Of a DNA stretch of 22,200 bases, positions 8,463-17,727 are shown in pieces. A program made the position numbers and the translations under genes. The stretch is from the IMG/VR virus record IMGVR_UViG_2029527005_000007, positions 74,046 to 96,245 of that record; one strand, 5' to 3'. Within the stretch, counting starts at the first letter, position 1. Every line of letters starts with the position of its first letter. The stretch comes from a virus. Below the pieces are notes generated by a model. That model searched no databases and was not told where the DNA came from. It saw only the letters and a list, made by a program, of their open reading frames with translations.

Positions 8463-9893
8463 ATGAACGAACTTAATCGTCTGTACGAATCAATTCTGCT
8501 GGCCTGGGGTTGTAAGATTGACCAAAGCGGCAAGATCACCTGCGTAATGCTGGGCAAAGAGTATCCGCTCCGCATCGACGGTAAAGATCTGCATCTGCCG
8601 ATCTCCGAAGCACTGAACTCCGGCGCTGACCAGAAAGTGTACTTCCACCCAACCTGCGAAAGCATTATCAGTAAAGAGACTGAGGTCTTTAAGCTGAGCC
8701 GTCGTCTGGCTGGTATCCGTCTGCTGTCTGTGTTCCGTTCCATGATCCCGGTGCTGTTTGATATCTCAAGCCGCAAAGAGAAAAAGAGCTGGAACCAGGC
8801 CGTGTATGATGTCATCAGCCCGCTGGGTGTGGTGAAGAAAAGCGTGAAGGATGAAGTGTTCTCTATGCTGGCACGCCTGTCAGTGGAAGTAGAAGACAAC
8901 ACCGACAACCGCTTTATTCACTTCAAAATCACCAAGGGCGGCAAAGGCGAACTGGGCGAGCGTGTGTACTACAAAGCCAAGCCGAGCTTCCCGCTGTATG
9001 ACGTACTGGTTCGTGAACTGGCGCGTTCCGAAGGCCAACCGAAGAACGCCACTATCTCGGTCAACAACTTCACTATGAGTCGTGAAGCGATCGAGCTGAC
9101 TGTTCACCTGTTCCGTTCTATTCTGCCGGCAACGCAGAACCCGGATGCGCATGAGTTTGATGCGCTGGTGCCGGTCGCGGCGCGTTTCACTGCCTTCATG
9201 TACTGCTTCGGCAATGTTGCGGGTCAGCTGAACCGTGCACAGAACATGTTCCGCGGTGAGTTCGATAAGAAGTCGGTGTACAACATCGATGTGAGCTGGG
9301 AAGAACACCTGGAAGAGATTCCGGAGTTCTATCGTCAGGTGCCGGAACTGGACTACAACAGCCACAACGTGTACAAAGAAGGCGAGCAGCAGCAGAACGC
9401 GCTGGGCGGGAACATGAGCAATCTGTTCAACATCTCTACTCAGCAGCAGGCCGGCGTTCCAACCCAACACACAGCACAAACTGGTGAAGGCGAAGTCCGT
9501 GTTATCAACGGTATCGAATTCAACATGAAAGTGCCGACCATGTGGAACGGTGACCGCTACCTGCGTTCTGAACCTAACCTGGCACAGAACCGTGTGCATC
9601 ACTATGCGATTGACATGAACCAGCAAACGGTAATCTACGTTTGTTCGCGCATGGGTAACTTCCTGCATCGTGAAAGCATGCAACAGTACGGCGCTTACGG
9701 CGCGCAGCCTTACGCTCAGCAGCCGTATGGTTATGCTCCGCAGCAGATGCCGCAGCAGCAGCTGTACGATCAGTACGGTCGTCCGGTCGTGGTTCAGCAG
9801 CCGCAGCAGCAATCTCCGTATGCAACCAGCTACGGTCATCAAGCACCTTCTGCAAGCACCGTTAGTAATGATGCTATTGAAAGTGCGTGGTAA
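8463..9893 (+). CDS. Conserved core protein (phiKZ gp70 position) with Q/Y/P-rich low-complexity C-terminus
   Basis: 476 aa, RBS AGGA, syntenic position; tail QQYGAYGAQPYAQQPYGYAPQQMPQQQ. Confidence 0.75.
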   Translation: MNELNRLYESILLAWGCKIDQSGKITCVMLGKEYPLRIDGKDLHLPISEALNSGADQKVYFHPTCESIISKETEVFKLSRRLAGIRLLSVFRSMIPVLFDISSRKEKKSWNQAVYDVISPLGVVKKSVKDEVFSMLARLSVEVEDNTDNRFIHFKITKGGKGELGERVYYKAKPSFPLYDVLVRELARSEGQPKNATISVNNFTMSREAIELTVHLFRSILPATQNPDAHEFDALVPVAARFTAFMYCFGNVAGQLNRAQNMFRGEFDKKSVYNIDVSWEEHLEEIPEFYRQVPELDYNSHNVYKEGEQQQNALGGNMSNLFNISTQQQAGVPTQHTAQTGEGEVRVINGIEFNMKVPTMWNGDRYLRSEPNLAQNRVHHYAIDMNQQTVIYVCSRMGNFLHRESMQQYGAYGAQPYAQQPYGYAPQQMPQQQLYDQYGRPVVVQQPQQQSPYATSYGHQAPSASTVSNDAIESAW

Positions 9894-9907
9894 CAGCTAA
9901 GGTATAA

Positions 9908-9963
9908 TAACTACTACTCCTACCCTCGCGGGTAGGAGTAGTATTATATATCTTTTTTTTTAT
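9908..9963. terminator. Terminator between convergent genes
   Basis: 14-bp stem TACTACTCCTACCC-TCGC-GGGTAGGAGTAGTA (9912-9943) with a T run on the + strand. Confidence 0.85.
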
Positions 9964-10290
9964 TTAACTACGAACTGTATTACTACGTGATATAATACGG
10001 TCGATGGCGTCTGCATCAGGATAATACCATTTTTCCAGACGGCTGATATCTTGAAACGGAGTCTTGATACCAGTTAGGTAAGCACACACCCACCACAGTT
10101 TCGGCGGTACACCCTTCGCGCGCAAATAACCATAGAAGTCATTCTTAAAGGCGAACAACATACTGGTATCTAGCTCAACGGATGCTTGTGTGTTTGCGAT
10201 TAGAAAATCGCGGTGACTGCGGATGAGAGTCTTAAACTCTTCGGTATAGTAGACGTCATTCTCAACGACGTTTGCGGTACTTAACGGCAT
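9964..10290 (-). CDS. Small protein (108 aa), possibly T4 gp53-like baseplate wedge/LysM-related
   Basis: ATG at 10290 preceded by GGAG on the - strand. LWWVCAYLTGIKTPF resembles the gp53-type LWW.I...N.I.DP segment; function speculative. Confidence 0.65.
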   Translation of the reverse strand: MPLSTANVVENDVYYTEEFKTLIRSHRDFLIANTQASVELDTSMLFAFKNDFYGYLRAKGVPPKLWWVCAYLTGIKTPFQDISRLEKWYYPDADAIDRIISRSNTVRS

Positions 10291-10308
10291 GGTGTGGCTC
10301 CAATATAC

Positions 10309-10326
10309 TTTCGAACCTATATTATC
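10309..10326 (+). promoter_or_regulatory. Putative phage early promoter (copy 3 of 4)
   Basis: TTTCGAACCTATATTATC upstream of the nvRNAP beta gene. Confidence 0.7.
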
Positions 10327-10371
10327 AGGGTAGTGATACACAAACTGTTAACACGTTAGTAGAGGATAAGT

Positions 10372-12477
10372 ATGAAAAAGCCCAATCTCAAGTTGAGCAA
10401 GATCAATCAGATGCATCCTGATTTGATCGGCGTCAACACCAACCTCAACATCATGCCATATGGTGACTCAGCGTCACGTCTCTATATGGAAGGGAACATG
10501 GTGCCGAAGTCGGTTGTGGTAAGCGGTAACAGTGAACGTTTGATTACAACGGGGTTTGAAAAACAATACGGCGATACAGCACGTTCGATTCGCTGTCCGT
10601 CTGATATGACCGTAGAAGAAGTGTTCTACGTTCAGTCAACTCGCGGTGACGGTATTCTCACCGACGGCTGGAAAGAGATCTTTGTGATCTTTAAGAACGA
10701 AGACAAGAACTATTTCGACATTCTGGTTCTTCCTCGATTCCACACACAAAATACTTACGTTGGCTTTGAGTATGTCTACGACAAAGAGATGATGCGTCGC
10801 TTGAAGAAAGATGCGCCATTCTCTAAAGGTGAAGAGTTCGCCCGCTCACCGCGCGTACGCTCCAGCGGAGAGTGGAACTTCGCAACTGAAACCATCGTCT
10901 GTGCTATGTCCAGTCACGCTACCGAAGAGGACGGCATTCGCATCACCGACCGCTATGCTCGTGAAAAACTGCGCTGCATGTTTAAACATGAACGTGGCTT
11001 TGAGTATAACGAAACAGACTGGATTCCTCTGAACCTTTATGGAACAGAAGACAACCCACGTCCGTTTGCTCGCCCAGGCGAAACCATTCGCGAAGACGGC
11101 ATTGTTATGGGCTTCCGTCGCCGCGCTGGTTGTAACCCGCTGATCTCTTTGACTAAGAAAGGTCTGATGCAGCCGGACTACCTGTTTGACAAACTGTTCT
11201 ATGCACCACCAAGCTCGGTGATGATGGACGTGATTGTTGAAGGCGAAAAGATCAAAGACCGTTCCCATAACCGCAGCACTGAGCAGATCCCTCAACAGCA
11301 CAGTGAAGCGATGCGTGAATTTGAAGCCATGCAGAATGCCTTCTACGTCGAAGTCATTAACTGGTATGAGCGTCTGATCGTGCGCATGGGTGGTCAGGAA
11401 CCTGAGATCAGTTTTGAACTCGATCGTTTTGTGCGTGACGCCTACGGTAAGCACACCAAACGTAACGGTATCATCAACAACCTGGGCTACTCGTACAAGA
11501 ACATTCGTCAGAAAGACTGGAAGATCACCATCCGTCTGAAAGAAGAAGTGTCGGGTCGCGTTAAGTTTAAGATGGCAGGTACCAACGGGGACAAAGGTGT
11601 TGCAGTTGATATGATTCCGTGGCAGGACGCACCTCACTATGAGGACGGCACCTACGCCGACATCATTATTAACAACACACCGGCATTCCGTCGCCAGATC
11701 ATGACCATGCTGGCCGAAGCCACCATCAACTTCATTAACCTGCAGGTTCATAAGGAAGTGATCGCACTGCGTAATGAAGGTAAGTACAAAGAAGCGTACG
11801 ATCGGGTATTCATGTTCTATGAAACAGGGTTCCCGGAGTTCGCTGAAATCGTGAAGAACGTCATGGTAACGGAAGAAGATCGTAATGAGCATGTGGATTA
11901 TATCTGCAAGCACAACATCTCGGTTCATCTCCGTTCCGATGCGAAGGTCTACGGTATTAACATTATCCGTGAACTTCGTAAGGTGTTCAAACACAAACCG
12001 CAGAAAGTGAAATTCCGTGACGCCTTTGGCGAAATGGTGGAGTCACATTATCCGATCTTACTGACCAGCATGTACTATATGTTGTTGGATAAGTTCGGTG
12101 CAGATGACAGTTCTCAGTCTTTCCCGAAAGCCAACCCATTTGGTTTACCGGCGTCGAACAGCCAAGGTGACAAACACACCAACTGGTATATCGACAAAGG
12201 CAGCCGTAACATCGGTGAGTCAGAAACTCGCTGGGAAACGGCACACAACGGTACAAAAGAAAACATCAAACAGTTAGCGCTGGCGAACAGTGACATCGTT
12301 CGTACCAACGCCATCAAGCGCATTATTCGTGCTGATGATCCGTTTGAAATCGATTGCATCGTGACCGATGAGGAGATCGCCACTAACCGTGCGGTGATCA
12401 TGGGATCAGAACTGCTCAGTGACTCTGGGTATATCTTGCGTGCAGAAAAGCCTGAAGACAGGGACAATGAATTATGA
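10372..12477 (+). CDS. Non-virion RNA polymerase beta subunit, C-terminal part (phiKZ gp71-73-like)
   Basis: RpoB motifs: DSASRLYMEGNM (D..RalMg.NM), HATEEDGI (N.EDai), KMAGTNGDKGV (K...RhG.KGv), DIIIN and RNIGESE (R.GEME); RBS GAGGA. Confidence 0.92.
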   Translation: MKKPNLKLSKINQMHPDLIGVNTNLNIMPYGDSASRLYMEGNMVPKSVVVSGNSERLITTGFEKQYGDTARSIRCPSDMTVEEVFYVQSTRGDGILTDGWKEIFVIFKNEDKNYFDILVLPRFHTQNTYVGFEYVYDKEMMRRLKKDAPFSKGEEFARSPRVRSSGEWNFATETIVCAMSSHATEEDGIRITDRYAREKLRCMFKHERGFEYNETDWIPLNLYGTEDNPRPFARPGETIREDGIVMGFRRRAGCNPLISLTKKGLMQPDYLFDKLFYAPPSSVMMDVIVEGEKIKDRSHNRSTEQIPQQHSEAMREFEAMQNAFYVEVINWYERLIVRMGGQEPEISFELDRFVRDAYGKHTKRNGIINNLGYSYKNIRQKDWKITIRLKEEVSGRVKFKMAGTNGDKGVAVDMIPWQDAPHYEDGTYADIIINNTPAFRRQIMTMLAEATINFINLQVHKEVIALRNEGKYKEAYDRVFMFYETGFPEFAEIVKNVMVTEEDRNEHVDYICKHNISVHLRSDAKVYGINIIRELRKVFKHKPQKVKFRDAFGEMVESHYPILLTSMYYMLLDKFGADDSSQSFPKANPFGLPASNSQGDKHTNWYIDKGSRNIGESETRWETAHNGTKENIKQLALANSDIVRTNAIKRIIRADDPFEIDCIVTDEEIATNRAVIMGSELLSDSGYILRAEKPEDRDNEL

Positions 12478-14483
12478 TTAAGATCGGTTTACGTGAATTT
12501 GCTAATTTACCGGAAACCACTGTGTTGCGATGGCTCGGGTTCTATCGTCTGGTTGAAGTCACTGACGATGCAGGCGAAACCCTGATTACCGATACGCAAT
12601 CCCTGTTAGTAACCTGGCAGGGGATGATTGTTCACCGCAACTATAACTCATTCCCGTACAGCAACAAGGAAGTTGCGCGCATCTATATTCGGGATCAGGA
12701 ATTGGAGGTGTGTGAAGACAAACTGTTAGCACGACCGCTGAACCAGTTCCTGCCGATTGTGATGCGGGACATGAAAGACCCGGTGGAAGCAGACGGTATC
12801 AAAATGATGATTCACGTCTGGCAAGCCAAACTGAATAACCTCTTAACGGCGATGACTGAACGGTTTGCTATTTCCGTGACGTCAGATGACCTGATTGAGG
12901 TAATGGAAGATCCAGGCATCGTTGATATCAAAACGCGTGTGCTCAACGGCACGATTACCATCGACGAAGGTGAAGCAGAGTTCATCACCTACATGGCGAC
13001 GTCACCGACGTTAAGCAATGCCATGTTGCCACTTCTGTGTCGTACTGGCGGTACTAGCTACAACCAGGCGTATCAGTCTATCGTAGTACGCGGTGCGGTG
13101 TTCGACCTGGACAACAGCATCTTCCCGAACCCTATCATGGATTCGTATGCGGAAGGTGTCGTTAACCTGGCGGACTCACTGGCTGAGAAGAACGGTGCTG
13201 GTAAAGCACTGATCACCTCAGGCAAGGCACTGCAAGGCGCTGAGTGGTTCCACCGTAAGAACCAGCTGCATGCAGCGGTAGTACGCGGTGTGGATCACTT
13301 CACAGACTGTAATACAGATCTTCCGGTTCCGCTTAAGATCAAATCCAAAGAGTTCCTGCACGCCTGCTTTGGCAAGTATGCTGTTCAGGAAGATGGCTCT
13401 CTGGAACTGATCGATGCAGCTTACGCGAAAACAGTGGAAGTGGGTGACACCATTCATATCCGCTCAATCCCGTACTGTACAACAAAAGATGCAGCCATGC
13501 CGTGCGGTTGTTGTGTGGGTCAGATGAAACATGCTTATCCGTACAACACCATGATGGGGATGGATTGTAATATTGGTATTTACTCTGCGACCGCGGTGTG
13601 TCGCCCAATCGGCCAGGGAATGCTGAGTATCAAGCACTTCCTGCGCAATACGGTTGCCACGCCGTTTGTTGTCCGTAGTCAGGACAAAGACGCCATCAGA
13701 ACTAACGGTGATGATATTTTCTTACTGAAAGATCTCTGTATGGAAGGAACAAAACTAATTGTGAGTTCCGCGGTTACCAAAGAGCTGACTGACATCCGTT
13801 CGCTGGATAATCTTGATGATGTTACAGTAGACAAGCTGTCCTATTTTGATGAAGCCAGCCTCTCCTATTTAGAAGAGGACATCATGATTGGCGGCAAGAC
13901 ACTGTATCAGCGTTCGGTGAAAACCTCGATACCAAGTCGTAGTGCTCGCATGTCAAAAGACCTGTTAGAGTTCATCTTCGACAATGGTTGGGAAGTGATT
14001 GACAAGAAGTTCATCGCTATTGATTTGAGTACCTGGCATCACGAGCAGCCGCTGTTTACGCTGCCGTATACTCAGGAAGATATGGACATCTACCGTCGTG
14101 AAGTGGAAAGCTTTATGGCGCACTCTAAACGTAATAATCAGTGGAAAGAACAGGAAGTCACCCCGGCGCGGTTTGGTGAAGTGTTGGTGGAAATGTGGGA
14201 GATGTTGAACCACAAATTCAAAGGCATCAACATTCTGCACTGCGAAGTGCTGTTGTACGCTGTAATGGGTAAGAATCCCAAAAACGGATACTATGGGCTG
14301 GTAAATGGGCACGCTCCACGTTATTTCGTGAGCTTCCAGAACGCCATTTGGAACCGAGGCTTCGGCACACTGATGATCTACGATCACCAGCAAAACGTGT
14401 TGAACAACTTCAGTTCATTCTTAGTCAAAGAGCGTCAACCATCACCTTTCGAGGCTTATTGGCATTATGGTCGTAGAGAATAA
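12474..14483 (+). CDS. Non-virion RNA polymerase beta' subunit, C-terminal part (phiKZ gp74-like)
   Basis: RpoC motifs: RG...NPIMDSYAEGV, bridge-helix-like GKALQGAEWFHRK, Zn site DCNT...RSIPYC...CGCCVG, trigger-loop-like NIGIYSATAVCRPIGQGMLSIKH; ATGA overlap. Confidence 0.92.
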   Translation: MIKIGLREFANLPETTVLRWLGFYRLVEVTDDAGETLITDTQSLLVTWQGMIVHRNYNSFPYSNKEVARIYIRDQELEVCEDKLLARPLNQFLPIVMRDMKDPVEADGIKMMIHVWQAKLNNLLTAMTERFAISVTSDDLIEVMEDPGIVDIKTRVLNGTITIDEGEAEFITYMATSPTLSNAMLPLLCRTGGTSYNQAYQSIVVRGAVFDLDNSIFPNPIMDSYAEGVVNLADSLAEKNGAGKALITSGKALQGAEWFHRKNQLHAAVVRGVDHFTDCNTDLPVPLKIKSKEFLHACFGKYAVQEDGSLELIDAAYAKTVEVGDTIHIRSIPYCTTKDAAMPCGCCVGQMKHAYPYNTMMGMDCNIGIYSATAVCRPIGQGMLSIKHFLRNTVATPFVVRSQDKDAIRTNGDDIFLLKDLCMEGTKLIVSSAVTKELTDIRSLDNLDDVTVDKLSYFDEASLSYLEEDIMIGGKTLYQRSVKTSIPSRSARMSKDLLEFIFDNGWEVIDKKFIAIDLSTWHHEQPLFTLPYTQEDMDIYRREVESFMAHSKRNNQWKEQEVTPARFGEVLVEMWEMLNHKFKGINILHCEVLLYAVMGKNPKNGYYGLVNGHAPRYFVSFQNAIWNRGFGTLMIYDHQQNVLNNFSSFLVKERQPSPFEAYWHYGRRE

Positions 14484-14498
14484 ACCGTAGGAGCAGTC

Positions 14499-16043
14499 AT
14501 GCGACATACGTGTGTTATATCCGTGGCCAACAACTACCTCAGGGTGTACGATTACGCTGAGGAATTTGTCGATCGAGTATTAAAGCCGTTTTGTCGCATG
14601 TACTTGTCTAAAACGGGGATGGTGCCAGCAAAGCATAATCCCCGTCTTCAGGTCATGGCGGTTACACATCGCTTCATGCGGTTCAACCACGACCAGTCGG
14701 AAATTCGATTCACAAGTAGTTTGTTGGAAGAACTTAAAACTTTTATTGGTAGTCGAGGTTACGCACCCAAACGAATTCTTCAGGTCGTAGAACCTGAAAT
14801 TATTCCTATGCCCGCGACTATTAATTTCAAACCGGGAATAGGGACTCCGAAGGATGACCAGCTGGATTGGCTGAAGTACATCATGGAACCGGGTCCGCTT
14901 AAATTAAACAACGCCGCGACAGGGGTAGGGAAAACCTTTATGTCCATCTGGACTGCAGTTCAACTGCAGCAACGCGTTGTGATTATCGCTAACGCCCGAT
15001 TCTTGCCAGTGTGGAAGGTTGAGTGTGGTAACCTGTTAGACATAGCACCGGAAGATTATGTTGAAACAGATGTGGGTGGTTTGGATAACTTCTTGGCAGC
15101 CTTGAAGAAAGGCGTGGTGAATCCCAAGATCGTGGTGATTAGTTTGACCAAGATCGACATCATGCTCAAGAAGTCCAAAGCTGACCCGTTGGCACCAGAC
15201 CTCGATGATTTCTATCGTGAGTATCGTCCTGGCTTACGCGTGTATGACGAAGCCCACGAATCGATTCATCAGCTGTACCTGTCTATGATGTTTGGGAACA
15301 TTCGCAAAACCATTGCTAACACCGCAACGGTCAGAGCAGAAGACCCGATGACCAACAAGATCTATGGTTATCTGTATCCCAAAGAGTGTCGCCTGAAAGA
15401 AACGGAGTATTCAGCGCACATGCACGTCAAGGCACTGTTCTATCGCATTGACACCAGCAAGCACCGTATACGTTCCATGGCGCGTGGCGTGTACAACGAC
15501 ACGGTGTTTGAGGCTTCGGTAATGGATAACCACAAGCTTCAACCCCAGTATATCGAAATGATGTATAAGTTCTTTGATGACTATTATTATCATCGTCGTC
15601 GGCCGGGTACCAAGTGTCTGTTCTTCTTTACTAAGGTAGAGACGTGCAAGATCATGGTGGCTGCGCTGTTGAAACGTTATCCTGACCTGGATGCGATTTC
15701 ATTTACAGGGGAGCAGGGTGGTAAGGCAGAAACCAAAGATGAATATCGCAAGCACGAAGTGGTGTTTTCTACACCGGGTTCGTGCGGTACCGGTAAAGAC
15801 ATTCCAGGGCTGATTACCTGTATCAGCTTCCACAACGTGAAGTCACTACAGCGTAACTACCAGATGCGCGGGCGTATTCGTCCGATTAAGCAGACGGAAC
15901 ATCCAGACCTGGAACGCATCTATGGCTACACCGTGTGCGTGAACGAAAAGAAACACAAAGAGTACCACAAGTACCGGAAAGAGCTCTTTGAGGAATCTTC
16001 CTTGAGTTACCAGAGTGTCGATTCGGGCTTTACCTTAGCGTAG
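14499..16043 (+). CDS. Superfamily 2 DEAH helicase (UvsW/XPB-like; phiKZ gp75 position)
   Basis: Walker A AATGVGKT, DEAH, motif III TAT, motif V GTGKDIPGL, motif VI QMRGRIR; RBS AGGAG. Confidence 0.92.
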   Translation: MRHTCVISVANNYLRVYDYAEEFVDRVLKPFCRMYLSKTGMVPAKHNPRLQVMAVTHRFMRFNHDQSEIRFTSSLLEELKTFIGSRGYAPKRILQVVEPEIIPMPATINFKPGIGTPKDDQLDWLKYIMEPGPLKLNNAATGVGKTFMSIWTAVQLQQRVVIIANARFLPVWKVECGNLLDIAPEDYVETDVGGLDNFLAALKKGVVNPKIVVISLTKIDIMLKKSKADPLAPDLDDFYREYRPGLRVYDEAHESIHQLYLSMMFGNIRKTIANTATVRAEDPMTNKIYGYLYPKECRLKETEYSAHMHVKALFYRIDTSKHRIRSMARGVYNDTVFEASVMDNHKLQPQYIEMMYKFFDDYYYHRRRPGTKCLFFFTKVETCKIMVAALLKRYPDLDAISFTGEQGGKAETKDEYRKHEVVFSTPGSCGTGKDIPGLITCISFHNVKSLQRNYQMRGRIRPIKQTEHPDLERIYGYTVCVNEKKHKEYHKYRKELFEESSLSYQSVDSGFTLA

Positions 16044-16056
16044 TTTATCACTAATC

Positions 16057-16082
16057 GGAGTAAGGGGGAAACCTCTTACTCT
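16057..16082 (+). other. GAAA-tetraloop hairpin without U-tract
   Basis: GGAGTAAGGGG-GAAA-CCTCTTACTCT directly before the RBS of the next gene. Confidence 0.6.
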
Positions 16083-16096
16083 CTACGGGAGTATGT

Positions 16097-16771
16097 ATGT
16101 CAGAACAATTTTCGCAACAAGTTATGGACCAGATCAAAACCTTTATCAACGAGCGCGGTTTGAAGACTGGCGTGCCGTCGGACATTGCTCACTACATCGC
16201 CGAGCAGGTGCCGGCTGGCCAGGTCCGTATCCAGGATGAAAGTTGGGGTGAACCTGACAAGTGGATCTACCGCGGCCCGGTAGACGCTGAGAGCGACGAC
16301 GTGCTCTGCTATGGCTGGCGGGTCATGCAGAAGGGCAAAGAGTCTGAGCGCTATGAACGTGACCTGCACGATATGATCGGACCACGTTGGACGGTGGAAA
16401 TCCTGTCTGCTGAAGACAACCTCAACTTGCCGAAAACCAAACCGGGTAAAGAAACCAAATCAGAGCGGGAATCTCACGAGGCCCTCGAGCAAACCTTTAC
16501 TCCGTCTGATGACGTTGGTACCAAGATCGTTGACCAAACTTACGGCCAGGTCAACGACGCTATCTTTGCCGCTATGCCGGGTACACTGGCTATTCGCTGT
16601 GAAGACTGGAACAACGCCAACGCCTGGGTGCTGTTGGAAGAAGTTAAGGTCAAAGAAGAAAGCATGCAGGTATTGACTATTAACTACAGCAACGGTGTGA
16701 AAATGCCGTGGCATCCGTCTATGCTGGATCTCTCCAGCAAGAACTGGACCAGCAAAAGTCCGTTAGAGTAA
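16097..16771 (+). CDS. DUF2829/Tad2-like protein, apparently two tandem domains
   Basis: C-terminal AIRCEDWNN..WVLL...MPWHPSMLDLSSKNW matches the DUF2829 signature R.gWn...PW.pS..Dl.a.dW. The N-terminal half has a degenerate copy. Confidence 0.7.
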   Translation: MSEQFSQQVMDQIKTFINERGLKTGVPSDIAHYIAEQVPAGQVRIQDESWGEPDKWIYRGPVDAESDDVLCYGWRVMQKGKESERYERDLHDMIGPRWTVEILSAEDNLNLPKTKPGKETKSERESHEALEQTFTPSDDVGTKIVDQTYGQVNDAIFAAMPGTLAIRCEDWNNANAWVLLEEVKVKEESMQVLTINYSNGVKMPWHPSMLDLSSKNWTSKSPLE

Positions 16772-16777
16772 GACGTC

Positions 16778-16815
16778 AGGGGTGTTTTCGGACACCCCTT
16801 TCTTCATTACTTTTT
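16778..16815 (+). terminator. Intrinsic terminator with UUCG loop
   Basis: AGGGGTGTT-TTCG-GACACCCCT (16778-16799) followed by a T-rich tract. Confidence 0.85.
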
Positions 16816-16829
16816 AATCCTATATTACC
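16812..16829 (+). promoter_or_regulatory. Putative phage early promoter (copy 4 of 4)
   Basis: TTTTAATCCTATATTACC contains TATATTAC (16821-16828), the reported phiKZ early promoter core. Confidence 0.7.
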
Positions 16830-16860
16830 TATGCATAACCTAGTCAATAATGGAGTCACC

Positions 16861-17295
16861 ATGTCTACCCTTAGTCGCTTGTTGAAGAACCGTTATAAAA
16901 AGTATTACTTGGACCTGGCCGGCATCAATGCCAGCGTTGTTCGTATGATCACCCCCATGATTCCCAATATGGAGAAGAAGGGTGAGTTCAAAGATGGCTG
17001 GACGCGAAGCTACCCTAACCTGAACCTGGAGATCGACCACAACCCCTGTGGTTATCGTCTGGACCTGCGTAAAACCGGCGAGAAGACCTACAGCTACCGT
17101 TTACGCATTACCTTTAAGAAAGACGCACCTTTCTTCTGGGGAAGTCCACAACGCCGTCAGGACCTCACTACGCTAGTGAATCAAGAGTATAAAGAACACA
17201 AGCGTATGTTCGGCTTTTCACACAAAACCAACATCGTGACGCTGATGCAGCGCTACATCACTTTCGCAATCGAAGGCGAAATAAAACTCGACTGA
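16861..17295 (+). CDS. Basic hypothetical protein (144 aa)
   Basis: GGAG precedes ATG 16861; the longer 16708 start crosses the terminator and promoter. K/R/Y-rich. Confidence 0.8.
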   Translation: MSTLSRLLKNRYKKYYLDLAGINASVVRMITPMIPNMEKKGEFKDGWTRSYPNLNLEIDHNPCGYRLDLRKTGEKTYSYRLRITFKKDAPFFWGSPQRRQDLTTLVNQEYKEHKRMFGFSHKTNIVTLMQRYITFAIEGEIKLD

Positions 17296-17322
17296 CAATT
17301 CAGTAGTCTATTAGGAGTACAT

Positions 17323-17727
17323 ATGAAACAGACTATTGATCTGATCAAAATCCCACCTGGCTATACGTCTGACATTCACGAGTTCTGTTCACCAGTACTT
17401 GAAGTGGCAATGTTGCGCGGTGAAAAGGCGGGTACGTTCGATGACGATTTCTTCTATGAAGTATTGGAAACGCATCTGGCGGAAAATGAACAACGCATCA
17501 TTCTGCATAACGCGCACCGTTTTCTGGAGCAAAAACTTCATTTCATGGATCGTGAGTTCGAGCCCTTCTACGAAAAGGAGTTTGAAATCGGTTGCAGACA
17601 CTTCATACGAGACTTTCTCCACATCAATCAACTTCATACCGTTAGAGGGTTAAAGAGCGACGTATGGAAGATAAGCATAAAGCCGCTGCCCGGCAATATG
17701 TGGCAGTTAACGACGGTTGTCGGATAA
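17323..17727 (+). CDS. Hypothetical protein (134 aa)
   Basis: RBS AGGAG; operon context. Confidence 0.85.
   Translation: MKQTIDLIKIPPGYTSDIHEFCSPVLEVAMLRGEKAGTFDDDFFYEVLETHLAENEQRIILHNAHRFLEQKLHFMDREFEPFYEKEFEIGCRHFIRDFLHINQLHTVRGLKSDVWKISIKPLPGNMWQLTTVVG

Noticed and set aside
8880-9842. 320-aa antisense ORF
   Set aside because: Lies wholly opposite a credible gene; typical shadow of codon bias, with no motifs.
10846-11994. 382-aa antisense ORF
   Set aside because: Shadow of the RNAP beta gene, which has clear motifs.
16708-16860. Extension of ORF 16708-17295
   Set aside because: Overlaps the upstream gene, terminator and promoter.
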